This document shows, one piece after another, positions 44,588 to 54,677 of a stretch of DNA of 64,000 nt; position 1 is the stretch's first letter, and each line of letters opens with the position of its first letter. A program made the position numbers and the translations under genes. Origin of the DNA: Candidatus Peregrinibacteria bacterium (GTDB lineage: Bacteria > Patescibacteriota > Gracilibacteria > UBA1369). The stretch spans positions 1,088,001 through 1,152,000 of the forward strand of contig OY970195.1 of the NCBI GenBank assembly GCA_963708185.1. The letters run 5' to 3'. The notes below the pieces were generated by a model. It searched no databases. It was not told where the DNA came from and saw nothing but the letters and a program-made list of their open reading frames with translations.

Positions 44588-44745
44588 TCGTCCGGGAGAG
44601 GCTCTGAATATGTCATTTCCCGTTATTTGTACGAATGCCGTATTTTTTTGGCCATCAATTCATTGCACATTGCCGATTTATGTTGTTTTATTGTGCTTTT
44701 TATGGTATTATTATGTGATATTTAAAAAACTAAAAAACAAACACT

Positions 44746-45108
44746 ATGGCTACAACTTCACCTTTGGACCAGCAAGCTTTTTCCATCAAAAAATTTAAAA
44801 GTTTATTTTATACCTCGCCGGCACGGCAGTTCATGTCTGACATGGACATCGAACAGGTGCGTAAAGCGATCGAGGATAAGGATATTCTGCTCCTTGGTCA
44901 GCTTTATGAAATTTTGCTTCACGAGCAGGTCACGAACGAAAACGTTATCCGCGATTTTGTGATGACCAAAAACAAAATCCTCGACGGGTTCACCGCTGAC
45001 GCCATGTCCATTGAAAAGAGATTCGTTGAAGCTCCGCGAAAAGAGAGGGCTGAAAAAGCAGAAAGAAAAGAGCAGAAGAAAGCGGAGGAAATTCTCAAAA
45101 AACTTTAA
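44746..45108 (+). CDS. Small helical protein, paralog 1 of 4
   Basis: ...LLHEQ...KAEEILKKL* C-terminus shared with 52794, 54305, 56310. Confidence 0.8.
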   Translation: MATTSPLDQQAFSIKKFKSLFYTSPARQFMSDMDIEQVRKAIEDKDILLLGQLYEILLHEQVTNENVIRDFVMTKNKILDGFTADAMSIEKRFVEAPRKERAEKAERKEQKKAEEILKKL

Positions 45109-45137
45109 AATTTTTATTAAAACTAAAACAAAAAAAT

Positions 45138-48100
45138 ATGAAAAATTTTTTCCATTTAACGGGCAGGTCTCTTTACGGATTCCAGCAGCATAACCGTTTC
45201 GTTTTCCAGGATGGGGGCCAGACCGAATCCTTCGCGCTTGCAGGTATAGAGGCAGGCCAAGAAAAACAATTATCTCCGGAAAATGGGAAGGAGGCTCTTG
45301 TTGCCCAATACAAACAGGCCAAGGAAACGATCGACAGCCAGGCGGCTCAATACAAAAAAAAGTTTGAAGGGAAAGAGGATGGTGATAAAGCCCAGGCAGC
45401 AATTGAAAAAGCCCGCGGAGATGCTCAAGAAAAATTAGCGGCATCGTATAACCAGATGGTCGGACAGTTGGAAAAAAATTCCGAGACGACGGCAAACGAA
45501 CAGGTAAACGCCATCATTTCCTACCGCAAGGAAAAAGCAGAAGGTAAATACAACGACGCCCTCATCTATGAGACAGTCCCGGGAAAGGCCGGCTTTACAT
45601 GGAGCCCGAAGGGCAAAGTCGGTGCAGATAAAAGCAACGAATGGAACCATCTGGGTGAGGGTGATTTCAAAGTGGCGCTGACCGCAATGATTAAAGCCGT
45701 CTACGTTGCCGAGGGTCCAAAAGCGGCAGATGATCTTGTCAACAAGATGAAGCACCAAAAGCTGGGGTTTGATGAAATGCAGGCCGATCCAGAATATGCT
45801 TTCGGGCAGGGCACTTACCATGATCCTCCGTTGATCCAGTTCAACCCGGACATGGACAACGACGAAAATGGTAACACACGTAAATTGACCGGTCTTGTTT
45901 TCGGTTACGCTCATGCCGCAAGAAACCGTCTTGAAAATGAGGATGCTCGTGAAGCATATTTTTCCTACCTGGCCAGCTCGGGAAAAAAGGCCGGCGCCGC
46001 ACCGCGATCCATGGATCCGGACGACATATTGACTCCCGACCAGTGGCTTGCACAGTCCGGGAATGAAAAATACCTCGGTGCCGCCAAAAAACTCGATGAA
46101 GAAAAACTCAACGAGGAACGGACCGCTCAAGTGGACGATTACCTCGGCAAACTTTCGAACACTAAACAACGTGGAGAATTAAAAGGCCTTCTTCTTGGAC
46201 GTTTGCAGGGAGAAAGCGATCCCAAAAAATGGAACCAGATCATGCGCGAAACTTCCGCCAGTGCATTTGGGATGACCCTTGATGTATACAGCAAAACCGA
46301 ATGGTCTGATCTTGATAAATCCCATCGTTCCAGCATCGATGATTTTGTGAAAAAAGCGCAGGCCAATATGGGGAAATATGTCCTGGAAGAAGGCCAGAAC
46401 CATGACGGTAAATCCGCCGGATATGTTGCGGGCCTTTTGATGAGGGCGGAAGAAAAATTCAAGGACGATCCCGCGATGCTTGCCAAGTATAAAGAACAAC
46501 TCAAGGCTATCACCGACTCCGAAGATCTCAAGAAAAAAATGGGCGATAATCTTGCGAATTCAGAATATTTTTCAAAAAGAGTGGGCGAAGTTGAAGACAA
46601 CTATTCTGCCAAAAAAGATGCCACCGAGAAGCTGAGCAAAGCGAATGACGCACTTTTCGATATCGTCAAGCAGGAGCTGCCTTCGCCGGATAAATTTGTT
46701 GCCGCTGCCAAAGAAGAAAAGGACGAAAAATACAAAAAAATTGGTGAGAAATACCGCAATCAGGAACGCTATGCCGACGACATGATCGCCAAAATTCCTG
46801 CAGACAAGGTCAAGGAACGCAATTATATCCGCAGTATTTTGATCGCTGCCGTAGGCAGGGAAACCGATCCCGATAAAATCAAGGCCCTGGGCGAAGCGGC
46901 ATTAAAAGATAAAGCCGGATTGAACCTTGATCCGGACAAACTTGGAAGCGTTGATTATGAAAAAAACCTCAAGGCTTTTGTTGATGCTCATACCGACTTT
47001 ACCGAGAATGGCAAAAAAATGGACGACCAGTCCAAAAGTTTGGCGGCAGGCTTGCTTTATGCAGCGGAAGTCAAATACAAGGATGAGCCGAATAAGGATA
47101 AAATCCTTGCCGCATATAAAAAGTATCTCAAGGGGAAAATGGATACTCTCGGTAAGGATTCCGATAACCAGGAAGATATTGAAAAACTCAAGTTGAAGCA
47201 GTCTTTGCTTGAGGATACCATCGATAAGGGAACGAGGGATAAAATCCTTGCCGATATTGATAAACTTCAGACAAAACTCTACAACAAAAGCTGGAATGCT
47301 ATGGCTTGGCCGGATACTTTTAAAGAGGACTTTAGCGACAACGAACAACTCATCACCGATAATAAAAACTTTTTAGATAAACATGGAACCCGGGAAAAGG
47401 TAGGCACTTTTCAGCCCGCAAACCGTGAGATCGATGCAATCCTGGATGAGTTTAAAAAAGACCATGCCGATGCGTATAGCAAGAATGAGGAAACTATCAA
47501 AGGAAAAATTGTCGAGTTCCATAAACGCATGGCGAGCAGAAATACCGATCCGGAAAAAGGAGAGGTGATTAAAACCCCTGGAGAACGGCTCAAACTTCTG
47601 GCAGAACTCCAGGGATATCTCTCGAATATGGCTGATGATGGGGTCGAAGAAAACCAGTATATTGATGCCACAGAAAAATATACTTATACCACAAAGATTC
47701 TTGAGGCATCCACAAATATCAATGAAGCTAAAAAGTATGTTCAGGGAATGGCTGAAGGTCTGGGCTTTGACGTCAAAAAAGACCAAAAGGCGATAGATGC
47801 GCTGAAGGCTGTCAATGACGCGAAACCGGAAGACAGGGCTCATGTTATGGCCGAACAGATTGCCGCACTTTATAAAGATTCTCCAAAACATCCTGAAAAT
47901 CCTTTCACGAAAGAGGATTTCGACGATTACAGCCAGTACATCCTTGATAAAAAGACTGCTCCGAAAACTCCGGGCGGTGGAACGGGTGGAGGCAGAGTCC
48001 CGTCCGTCGGACCTTCGGTTGCGCCGGGCAATGGAACTCCGGGAGGAACAAAAGGCCCGGAAATTGTTTCCAGCGTGAGCATCGACATTAGTGCAGCCCC

Positions 48101-48398
48101 GGTTGAAATCAAAATAGATCATAAGAAAGACCGCATGGAAAAACCTCCCCAATGGCTCGCAGGAAAAAGGGATGACATTCTCAAAAAATACAATCAAGAT
48201 GCCAGAAAAAATGATCTCTACGTGGTTCGGAGAGGGAAAGATGAATATGTGGCAGAGGTTTCGCCACTGATAGATTGGGATGGGAATACTATCGTCAACT
48301 ATTACAACAAACCTCCCGAACAAGGGAAAAAACCTGATGCCGGCGTGAAAGTTGCCAGCGCTGATTCAACGGAAAAACCGGATCCGGATAAAAAGTAA
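45138..48398 (+). CDS. Large orphan helical-repeat protein (1086 aa) with R-x-V-F leader
   Basis: N-terminus MKNFF...NRFVFQDGG; internal repeats AGLLxxAExKxKDxP...YKxxL; Gly/Pro linker before C-terminal domain. Confidence 0.85.
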   Translation: MKNFFHLTGRSLYGFQQHNRFVFQDGGQTESFALAGIEAGQEKQLSPENGKEALVAQYKQAKETIDSQAAQYKKKFEGKEDGDKAQAAIEKARGDAQEKLAASYNQMVGQLEKNSETTANEQVNAIISYRKEKAEGKYNDALIYETVPGKAGFTWSPKGKVGADKSNEWNHLGEGDFKVALTAMIKAVYVAEGPKAADDLVNKMKHQKLGFDEMQADPEYAFGQGTYHDPPLIQFNPDMDNDENGNTRKLTGLVFGYAHAARNRLENEDAREAYFSYLASSGKKAGAAPRSMDPDDILTPDQWLAQSGNEKYLGAAKKLDEEKLNEERTAQVDDYLGKLSNTKQRGELKGLLLGRLQGESDPKKWNQIMRETSASAFGMTLDVYSKTEWSDLDKSHRSSIDDFVKKAQANMGKYVLEEGQNHDGKSAGYVAGLLMRAEEKFKDDPAMLAKYKEQLKAITDSEDLKKKMGDNLANSEYFSKRVGEVEDNYSAKKDATEKLSKANDALFDIVKQELPSPDKFVAAAKEEKDEKYKKIGEKYRNQERYADDMIAKIPADKVKERNYIRSILIAAVGRETDPDKIKALGEAALKDKAGLNLDPDKLGSVDYEKNLKAFVDAHTDFTENGKKMDDQSKSLAAGLLYAAEVKYKDEPNKDKILAAYKKYLKGKMDTLGKDSDNQEDIEKLKLKQSLLEDTIDKGTRDKILADIDKLQTKLYNKSWNAMAWPDTFKEDFSDNEQLITDNKNFLDKHGTREKVGTFQPANREIDAILDEFKKDHADAYSKNEETIKGKIVEFHKRMASRNTDPEKGEVIKTPGERLKLLAELQGYLSNMADDGVEENQYIDATEKYTYTTKILEASTNINEAKKYVQGMAEGLGFDVKKDQKAIDALKAVNDAKPEDRAHVMAEQIAALYKDSPKHPENPFTKEDFDDYSQYILDKKTAPKTPGGGTGGGRVPSVGPSVAPGNGTPGGTKGPEIVSSVSIDISAAPVEIKIDHKKDRMEKPPQWLAGKRDDILKKYNQDARKNDLYVVRRGKDEYVAEVSPLIDWDGNTIVNYYNKPPEQGKKPDAGVKVASADSTEKPDPDKK

Positions 48399-48410
48399 CA
48401 TCTCTGCTGC

Positions 48411-51400
48411 ATGCCAGAAAATCTCCAGGAACAACTTGATCAGCGTATTGAAAACAAGGAGCAGGTTTCCGCCCTGGATGCTGCCGATGCCTACGCTCAA
48501 ACCATTGAAAGTCACCGCAGGGAGTACATCGCCAAAGGCGGCACTCCCGAAAATTTTGAAAAGGACGAAAAAGCTTTCGTGGAGAAAGCCCGGGAAATCC
48601 GTAATAAGCAGCTCGACAAGATCGGGCTTTTGAACCAGGACCTGGAACGAAAAAAAATTTCCGTCGTCGACAAGACGAGGACCGCTGAGCGAAAAGAACG
48701 TTATGAAAATGCCCAAAAATACGGCTGGGATACAACCGATCCGGACAAAGAGGGAAACATGGACGATTTTGAAGGCACGGGTGACGACAACAAATGGGGC
48801 TTTGGACGAACGGCTCTTGCCGGTTATGTTTCCGGTTTGCAAATGACCGATCCGGCGATGGCTTCCGAAGCTATGAGAAAAGTGCAAGAAGCCTATAAAA
48901 AAACTTCTTCCTGGGGTGATCATTACGTCAGCAACCAGGATATCCGTGACATTATCGGCAATGAGTATCTTTCACAACTGGAGGGGCACCATTTGACGGA
49001 CCGCGCGATGGCATTTCTGGCTTCCTATTTGCGGCAGGCTGATTCTTTTTTTAAAAATTCCGACGAAAACAATACCTATAAAGGTTATGTCGTCGACGCC
49101 ATCGATGACCGATTGAACTCCACGCAGCAACCCGCCGCCCAGGCGGAACATGAGAGTTCCACCGGATGGGGAATCGGCGGGGGCGTCATCGGAACAGCTC
49201 TTGCCATACCGCTCGGACCTATTGCCCCCATTGGCGGCGCTATTATCGGTTCACAGGCTGGCGGCAGTGAGGTCGAAACGTATGCCAGCAAAAACGCACG
49301 TGCTGAGGCACAGCTCAACGCACTTTCAACAATATTGACCCCCAAGGAGTGGAAGGAAGCCTGGACCCAGCGCCTCAAGAACACCCTGGAACCTTTCAAA
49401 AAACTTTGCGACACCATTGTGGCGGCAAATCCGGAATTTACATTCCAAAACCAGGACGTCAAGGACATGCTCGGCAAAAATGCCGACGACCTGATATATT
49501 CCGATGAAACCAAACTCATTGCGGCCAAGGAGAAAGCGCGCGAGGAGCTTCGCGATTTCATGCAAAAGAAAAAAGACGAGTATTCCGGACAGGTCGAAAG
49601 CAATAAAAAAAGCGCTGCCGACCTCAAGGCCAGATACAAGACTCTCCGCATCCCGACGGTCAGCGATGACGAATGGAGCGCTCTGGATACAAGCCTCAAC
49701 CAGCAGGCACAAGACATGGACTCGATCGCTTTTGTTTCCAACACTTCGATGGAAGACCTTGCCGCGATGTGGGGGAAACTGGTGATGGTCCGGGACGGCA
49801 ACGGCCTTTTGCGCAATCAGTTCGACGCTCTGTCGTCACGCATCAAGGATGCGGAAGAAAAAGAGCCGGCCATCGCAAAATTTACCGCCGACAAAGACCT
49901 TCTCGAGACGTACGATCCCAAGACCAAACAGTTCAGCTATACCGCCAACGGGATGCGCTTTGAAAGTGCAAAGGGGAAAGCGCAGGCGACGTTCGGCAAC
50001 CCGGAAATCAACAAAATTTTTGAAAGCAAAATTTCGCCGTTTTTCACCAATATCATCTCAAAGTACAAACTTTCTTCTGATGAGAAAAAGCATGCGGATG
50101 AGATCATGTCCAAGGCCGACAAGAACGATGAAAAGCAGATGGCCGCGGCGAACAAAGAGGTGATGGAATATGTCATGGAGCGTTTCCAGTCGAGAATGAA
50201 AGCAGACGATAAAGAAAAAATCGACAAGATCAGTGCCCTCATTGATCAGGCTGACAAGGATTCGACCTTCAGTTTTGACCATATGCCTTCGGCGGAAGAG
50301 CTGCAAAAGGCTTACGACGAAAAATTCGTTCCGGCGTGGGAAAAAGCCGCCAAAGATTTTGACGCTCAATACGGCAAGGCCACGGGCGAACAACCTTCGG
50401 GCACGGTGGGCGGCGGGTTTCTTGGCGGAGAAGAAACGCCGGAAACCGCTCCTTCAAGCCTTGATCCTTACAGCGACCATTGGTCCAAAGGAACGGACGT
50501 TCCGCTTGATCCGGACTACAAAGGTTTTACCGGCGGGCTGGAAGTCGCCCCGAACATCGAAGATTTGAAATTCCGCGACGTCAACACCCATAAAATTCTT
50601 CTGGCGGTTCCCGGAGGCACCGGAGCCACCGCCAATGAAATCACTCTTTCAGAGCCCGAAGGCACCATCCACAAGGTGGACAGCCTGAGTTTCGTCAAAG
50701 TCAATTACCAGGGCAAAATCTACTACGCGGCCATGGAGTATCTTCAAAAGAACGACCAGTCGCTTATTGCCGAACGGGAAGCCAAGAATGGATCTCCAAA
50801 GATGCCCGGAACTCCGGCAAATCCCGAGGTCCAGCAGGGGCTGCCGAAAGGTCTTGAATTCCTGGGCAAGGTCAACGGCGAATACCGCGACGCCCTGGAA
50901 AGGATTTTGCGCGACAGCGAAAAACCGGGCGGTGCTCTCTTTGACCTGTATTTCAACAAAAAAACGTTGCCGTGCCGTTTAACCAAAGCTCCCAAAGGAC
51001 AATACATCGTGAACTGGGAAGGCGGTTCGTTCACCTACCGTAACCTGAACGAGGTCATGATCGGCATTAACAACGGCTTTTTGCTTCAACAGATTACGTA
51101 CGGAGCGCTGTTGTCGCCGAAATATTACGAAGCTTACGAAGATAAAATCGACAGTTTCAAGGACGACGTCAAAGCGACGGGCAGACCCGGGGAGGTCTAT
51201 TTTGAACTCGACTGGTCCGGTGCCGGACGCGGCGAAGGAAACGCCCAGGTCTGGGCGACGGCACTGCCGAACGGGCTCGTCAACTATCACATCCACCGTG
51301 ATCACGTGGACATCAACGGGGGCAACGACCGCAATGGCATCGCGGGAAGTTTTGACGATTTCATGCAGCAGATCGCGCACATCAAGGAGTGGTCGGAGTA

Positions 51401-51830
51401 TTACGAAGATAACCGCGACGACAGAAAACTGTCCCAGGCCGTGATGAACCGTGAATGGTTCTACGCGCAACTGAATAATCCCCAGACTTTCTACGACGCC
51501 GAGAGCGCCATCGGCCGGCCGGTTTCTTTTAATCTCATCAGCAACGGCGTGATGCAGATGTTCCTGGACTGGGGCGGAGGAGCGGCGCGTGATACCGGCC
51601 ATAACGCGATGCTGAACGTGTGGGCCGACAACAGCGGCAGACTGAACTACATTCTGAATTATAAAGGCAAAGGTCCCAGGGGCGTCGCCAAAGACATCCC
51701 TGAACTTATCAACATTGTCGGGAATCAACGAGCTGCCGTTCTCCAAACCTCACCCGGCGAAACGCCCAAAGAACAGCCAAAAAATACGAGCGGCGTCCCG
51801 GTGGCATCTCCCAATGAAAAAGCGGCATAG
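48411..51830 (+). CDS. Large orphan protein (1139 aa): N-terminus paralogous to 45138, glycine zipper, SH3-like segment, duplicated C-terminal module
   Basis: GWGIGGGVIGTALAIPLGPIAPIGGAIIG; FVKVNYQGKIYYAAMEYL; two LDWxG...N...NY modules. Confidence 0.85.
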   Translation: MPENLQEQLDQRIENKEQVSALDAADAYAQTIESHRREYIAKGGTPENFEKDEKAFVEKAREIRNKQLDKIGLLNQDLERKKISVVDKTRTAERKERYENAQKYGWDTTDPDKEGNMDDFEGTGDDNKWGFGRTALAGYVSGLQMTDPAMASEAMRKVQEAYKKTSSWGDHYVSNQDIRDIIGNEYLSQLEGHHLTDRAMAFLASYLRQADSFFKNSDENNTYKGYVVDAIDDRLNSTQQPAAQAEHESSTGWGIGGGVIGTALAIPLGPIAPIGGAIIGSQAGGSEVETYASKNARAEAQLNALSTILTPKEWKEAWTQRLKNTLEPFKKLCDTIVAANPEFTFQNQDVKDMLGKNADDLIYSDETKLIAAKEKAREELRDFMQKKKDEYSGQVESNKKSAADLKARYKTLRIPTVSDDEWSALDTSLNQQAQDMDSIAFVSNTSMEDLAAMWGKLVMVRDGNGLLRNQFDALSSRIKDAEEKEPAIAKFTADKDLLETYDPKTKQFSYTANGMRFESAKGKAQATFGNPEINKIFESKISPFFTNIISKYKLSSDEKKHADEIMSKADKNDEKQMAAANKEVMEYVMERFQSRMKADDKEKIDKISALIDQADKDSTFSFDHMPSAEELQKAYDEKFVPAWEKAAKDFDAQYGKATGEQPSGTVGGGFLGGEETPETAPSSLDPYSDHWSKGTDVPLDPDYKGFTGGLEVAPNIEDLKFRDVNTHKILLAVPGGTGATANEITLSEPEGTIHKVDSLSFVKVNYQGKIYYAAMEYLQKNDQSLIAEREAKNGSPKMPGTPANPEVQQGLPKGLEFLGKVNGEYRDALERILRDSEKPGGALFDLYFNKKTLPCRLTKAPKGQYIVNWEGGSFTYRNLNEVMIGINNGFLLQQITYGALLSPKYYEAYEDKIDSFKDDVKATGRPGEVYFELDWSGAGRGEGNAQVWATALPNGLVNYHIHRDHVDINGGNDRNGIAGSFDDFMQQIAHIKEWSEYYEDNRDDRKLSQAVMNREWFYAQLNNPQTFYDAESAIGRPVSFNLISNGVMQMFLDWGGGAARDTGHNAMLNVWADNSGRLNYILNYKGKGPRGVAKDIPELINIVGNQRAAVLQTSPGETPKEQPKNTSGVPVASPNEKAA

Positions 51831-51887
51831 CAAAAGGATTCATTCGTTTTCCATCAATTTACCATCTATATTCTCACCAAAATTCAT

Positions 51888-52769
51888 ATGAAAAAATTTA
51901 TTTGTTTCAGAAATTTCGCAAACGTTAACCGCTTGGTTTACGCGGCCGGCGGGGAGAAACCATCACAGCCTGAAAATGCCGAGGTGATTCCAAAAGATGC
52001 GGATTTAACTCCGGCGAAACTTGATGAAATTTCCAAAGCCGTCGATAACAATATCAGCGCCGTCGAAGACTATTATAAGGGCGGTGAATCCAAGCTCATG
52101 CATCATCCCGATATGCCGAAGCAGGTCAAAACCCAGTTGGATCAGCTGAAGCAGTTAAAAATCCAGCTCGACCAGGTCAAGGCAAATCCGGCAGGCGCGC
52201 GTCAGGTCCTCGGAAAAATTTACCGTATTTTTACCCAACTTGAAGCACACAGTGAGGAACGGTACAAAGCCGATATCGCATCGCATGATCCTCTTGTCGG
52301 CCTGGGTTTCAGCATCGATACTCCGGAACTCGCACCGGCAGCTCCGAAAACGACCAAGGCTGAAAATGCTCCAGAGACAAAAGAAACACAGCAACAGCTG
52401 GTACGAAGCGCCGTCGAAAACATTGCGCGCGCCGGCGGAGAATTGACCCAGCCCATGCTCGACGCCCTGAAAACCCAATTCAAAGGAACAAATGTCCTTT
52501 CCTACACCCTGAATATTCAGGGAAATCCGGTACTGGTCTTCATTGAACGTTCTCCCGACGGGAAAGGTTTCCAGGCGAAGGGTGTCCGCTACAACGCCGA
52601 AGTCCCTCTGGAAAAACAGGCTTCCTCCTGGGATACCGCAAGTTTCACCTATACCCATTCCTTTGACGCCTTGGACAACTCACCTCCATCCGTTCCCGAC
52701 AAAAGCATTCAAGAGTACGTTTCCCAGGGCAAAAAAGGTAAAAAACTCAACCCGACGGCGCTTGGCTAA
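51888..52769 (+). CDS. Orphan protein (293 aa) with R-x-V-Y leader
   Basis: MKKFICFRNFANVNRLVYAAGGEKP. Confidence 0.82.
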   Translation: MKKFICFRNFANVNRLVYAAGGEKPSQPENAEVIPKDADLTPAKLDEISKAVDNNISAVEDYYKGGESKLMHHPDMPKQVKTQLDQLKQLKIQLDQVKANPAGARQVLGKIYRIFTQLEAHSEERYKADIASHDPLVGLGFSIDTPELAPAAPKTTKAENAPETKETQQQLVRSAVENIARAGGELTQPMLDALKTQFKGTNVLSYTLNIQGNPVLVFIERSPDGKGFQAKGVRYNAEVPLEKQASSWDTASFTYTHSFDALDNSPPSVPDKSIQEYVSQGKKGKKLNPTALG

Positions 52770-52793
52770 AAACCCTTATCTTCATCGAACATC

Positions 52794-53111
52794 ATGGATC
52801 AATCTCTCCAGGACGAGCTACAGGAACTCATCGAATCTTCTTTGAGTATCGCCACGCTCAGTGACGACAACCAGGCCGCGTTGAAAAAACGATTGCTCGC
52901 TCTTCCTGAGGACGAGATGAGAAGGGTCGTCGAGGTTTTGCGCGGTGAGCAGAAACAGCAGTATGAAGCCATGAAAGGGCTAGTGCAAAAAATCGAGAAC
53001 GCCAGCACCACCCTCAAAAAGACTTTTCTCAAGGAGCGCGAAAAAGAAGAAACCAAACAGTCCGACCAGAAAGCCGACCAGCTCATCAAAAAGCTGGATG
53101 ACATGGATTAA
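52794..53111 (+). CDS. Small helical protein, paralog 2 of 4
   Basis: SIATLS...LLALPE...LRGEQ...ADQLIKKL. Confidence 0.82.
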   Translation: MDQSLQDELQELIESSLSIATLSDDNQAALKKRLLALPEDEMRRVVEVLRGEQKQQYEAMKGLVQKIENASTTLKKTFLKEREKEETKQSDQKADQLIKKLDDMD

Positions 53112-53127
53112 GGCGCATGCAGCGGGT

Positions 53128-54186
53128 TCAAAACGGGACGATGTCCCTGATTTTTTTCACGGTCACCAAAAGAAAATACCAGAAAGGCTGGTAAACAATT
53201 TCACGCGCGGGCTGGTAATCCACTCGTTGCCCTCCGAATTTGAGCTTGAAATCGGTGACGCCGGCCCAGGGATGTGTCGGTTGATTTTGCGGAGCGATCC
53301 CGAGAAAATCATACCATTTGCAGCCTGCGGTTTTGGCGTCGAGGAGGGCGCGCCACTGCAGAAGATACGGCGCCATGACGTTGCGGTGTTCGTTGGAGGA
53401 CGCTCCGAAATAGTAGATCGCGGTATCGCGGTAGAACGTGACGATGATGCCCGCCACGATTTCATCTTTATACTCCGCTAGGTAAAGTTTGGCTTCTGGA
53501 TGCGATAAATCGTGACCATGGCCGTTGCGTCCGGGATGTAAGGTCGAAAGCATGTCTTCATAAAATTTTTTGTTGTGACCCGAAAATTTATCGCGCGAGG
53601 TGGTTTGTGAAAGAAGCCGGTAAAAGGCGTCGATATCTTTTACGTTGCCGTCACTGGCCCGGACCGAAACGTGATGTTTTTCAGCGACCCTGATGTTATA
53701 GCGGCCCTTGGGTTTCATCTGCGATAGAAGCCGCTCTTCGGAGAAAGAAAGATCCAGCAGAAGCGTGTTTTCCGGCTGGTAGTGCGCATGGGCTTTGCGT
53801 GAGGGAAGATCTTTCCAGTAGATTTTTTCTTCTTGGGGAAGCGGGGGGTCGAAGCGGAAAAATACCGCATTTTGTTGCCTGGCGAGATCGCGGATTTTTT
53901 TGAGGAGGTGTTTGAGCGCCCGGTGATCGTGGTAATCGGCCAAAGGGCCGCGAGGGCAATACAGCCAGCATTTTTTGAATGGAAGCTCCTGGCGAATAAT
54001 AAGGGCTGAAGCCATTATTATGCCGTTTTCGTCCTCAACGGCGTAACACCAGAATTTTTCACGACCTGCGAGGCTGGTCTGAAATTCTCCCCACTGGGGT
54101 GTCTGGTGGATGGAACCGAGTGGATGTTTCCCCACAAAAGACAGGTATTTCGGCCAGTCATTTTTGGTGATCTCAATGACTTTCAT
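53128..54186 (-). CDS. FemABX-family peptidoglycan bridge aminoacyltransferase
   Basis: HQTPQWGEF, YCPRGP, MKPKGRYNIRVA, YYFGASS, APYLLQW, YDFLG, FKLKFGG. Confidence 0.93.
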   Translation of the reverse strand: MKVIEITKNDWPKYLSFVGKHPLGSIHQTPQWGEFQTSLAGREKFWCYAVEDENGIIMASALIIRQELPFKKCWLYCPRGPLADYHDHRALKHLLKKIRDLARQQNAVFFRFDPPLPQEEKIYWKDLPSRKAHAHYQPENTLLLDLSFSEERLLSQMKPKGRYNIRVAEKHHVSVRASDGNVKDIDAFYRLLSQTTSRDKFSGHNKKFYEDMLSTLHPGRNGHGHDLSHPEAKLYLAEYKDEIVAGIIVTFYRDTAIYYFGASSNEHRNVMAPYLLQWRALLDAKTAGCKWYDFLGIAPQNQPTHPWAGVTDFKLKFGGQRVDYQPAREIVYQPFWYFLLVTVKKIRDIVPF

Positions 54187-54304
54187 AAGCTTAAAAATCA
54201 GGCAAAACCTACTTTACCATATCATTGTGTCGGTGAAACGAAGAGTGTTGCGATATTGGGCTTTTTATAGTATAATTATATGATCAAATAAACTCAAGAT
54301 ACAT

Positions 54305-54661
54305 ATGGCTGATTACGATCTTATCAAGAATACCGAACTGCGGCTTCTCGTTACAGCTTCGGAAAGTATCCGCAGCTTGAAGGAGCAGGAAATTCAACAG
54401 TGGGTTGAACGTATTGCCGCACTGCCTCCAGAGGGAGAACGGGCGATGCTCGTAGCCCTTCGTGATGAACAGGAACAAATACGCAAAGCAAAACTTGCGA
54501 AAGGCATTACCCCTGAAATGGAGCGCGCGGAGCGTGAAAAGAAAATGGAGAAAGTGTACGCCATCAAAAAAGATTTTGAAAAAGTCGTGCGAATAGAAAA
54601 CGAAAAAACTGCCAACAATGAATCAAGCGCAGAAGCAGAATCTTTACTTAAAAAACTTTAA
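54305..54661 (+). CDS. Small helical protein, paralog 3 of 4
   Basis: SIRSLK...IAALPP...LRDEQ...AESLLKKL*. Confidence 0.82.
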   Translation: MADYDLIKNTELRLLVTASESIRSLKEQEIQQWVERIAALPPEGERAMLVALRDEQEQIRKAKLAKGITPEMERAEREKKMEKVYAIKKDFEKVVRIENEKTANNESSAEAESLLKKL

Positions 54662-54677
54662 ACATTTTTCCCGTTCT

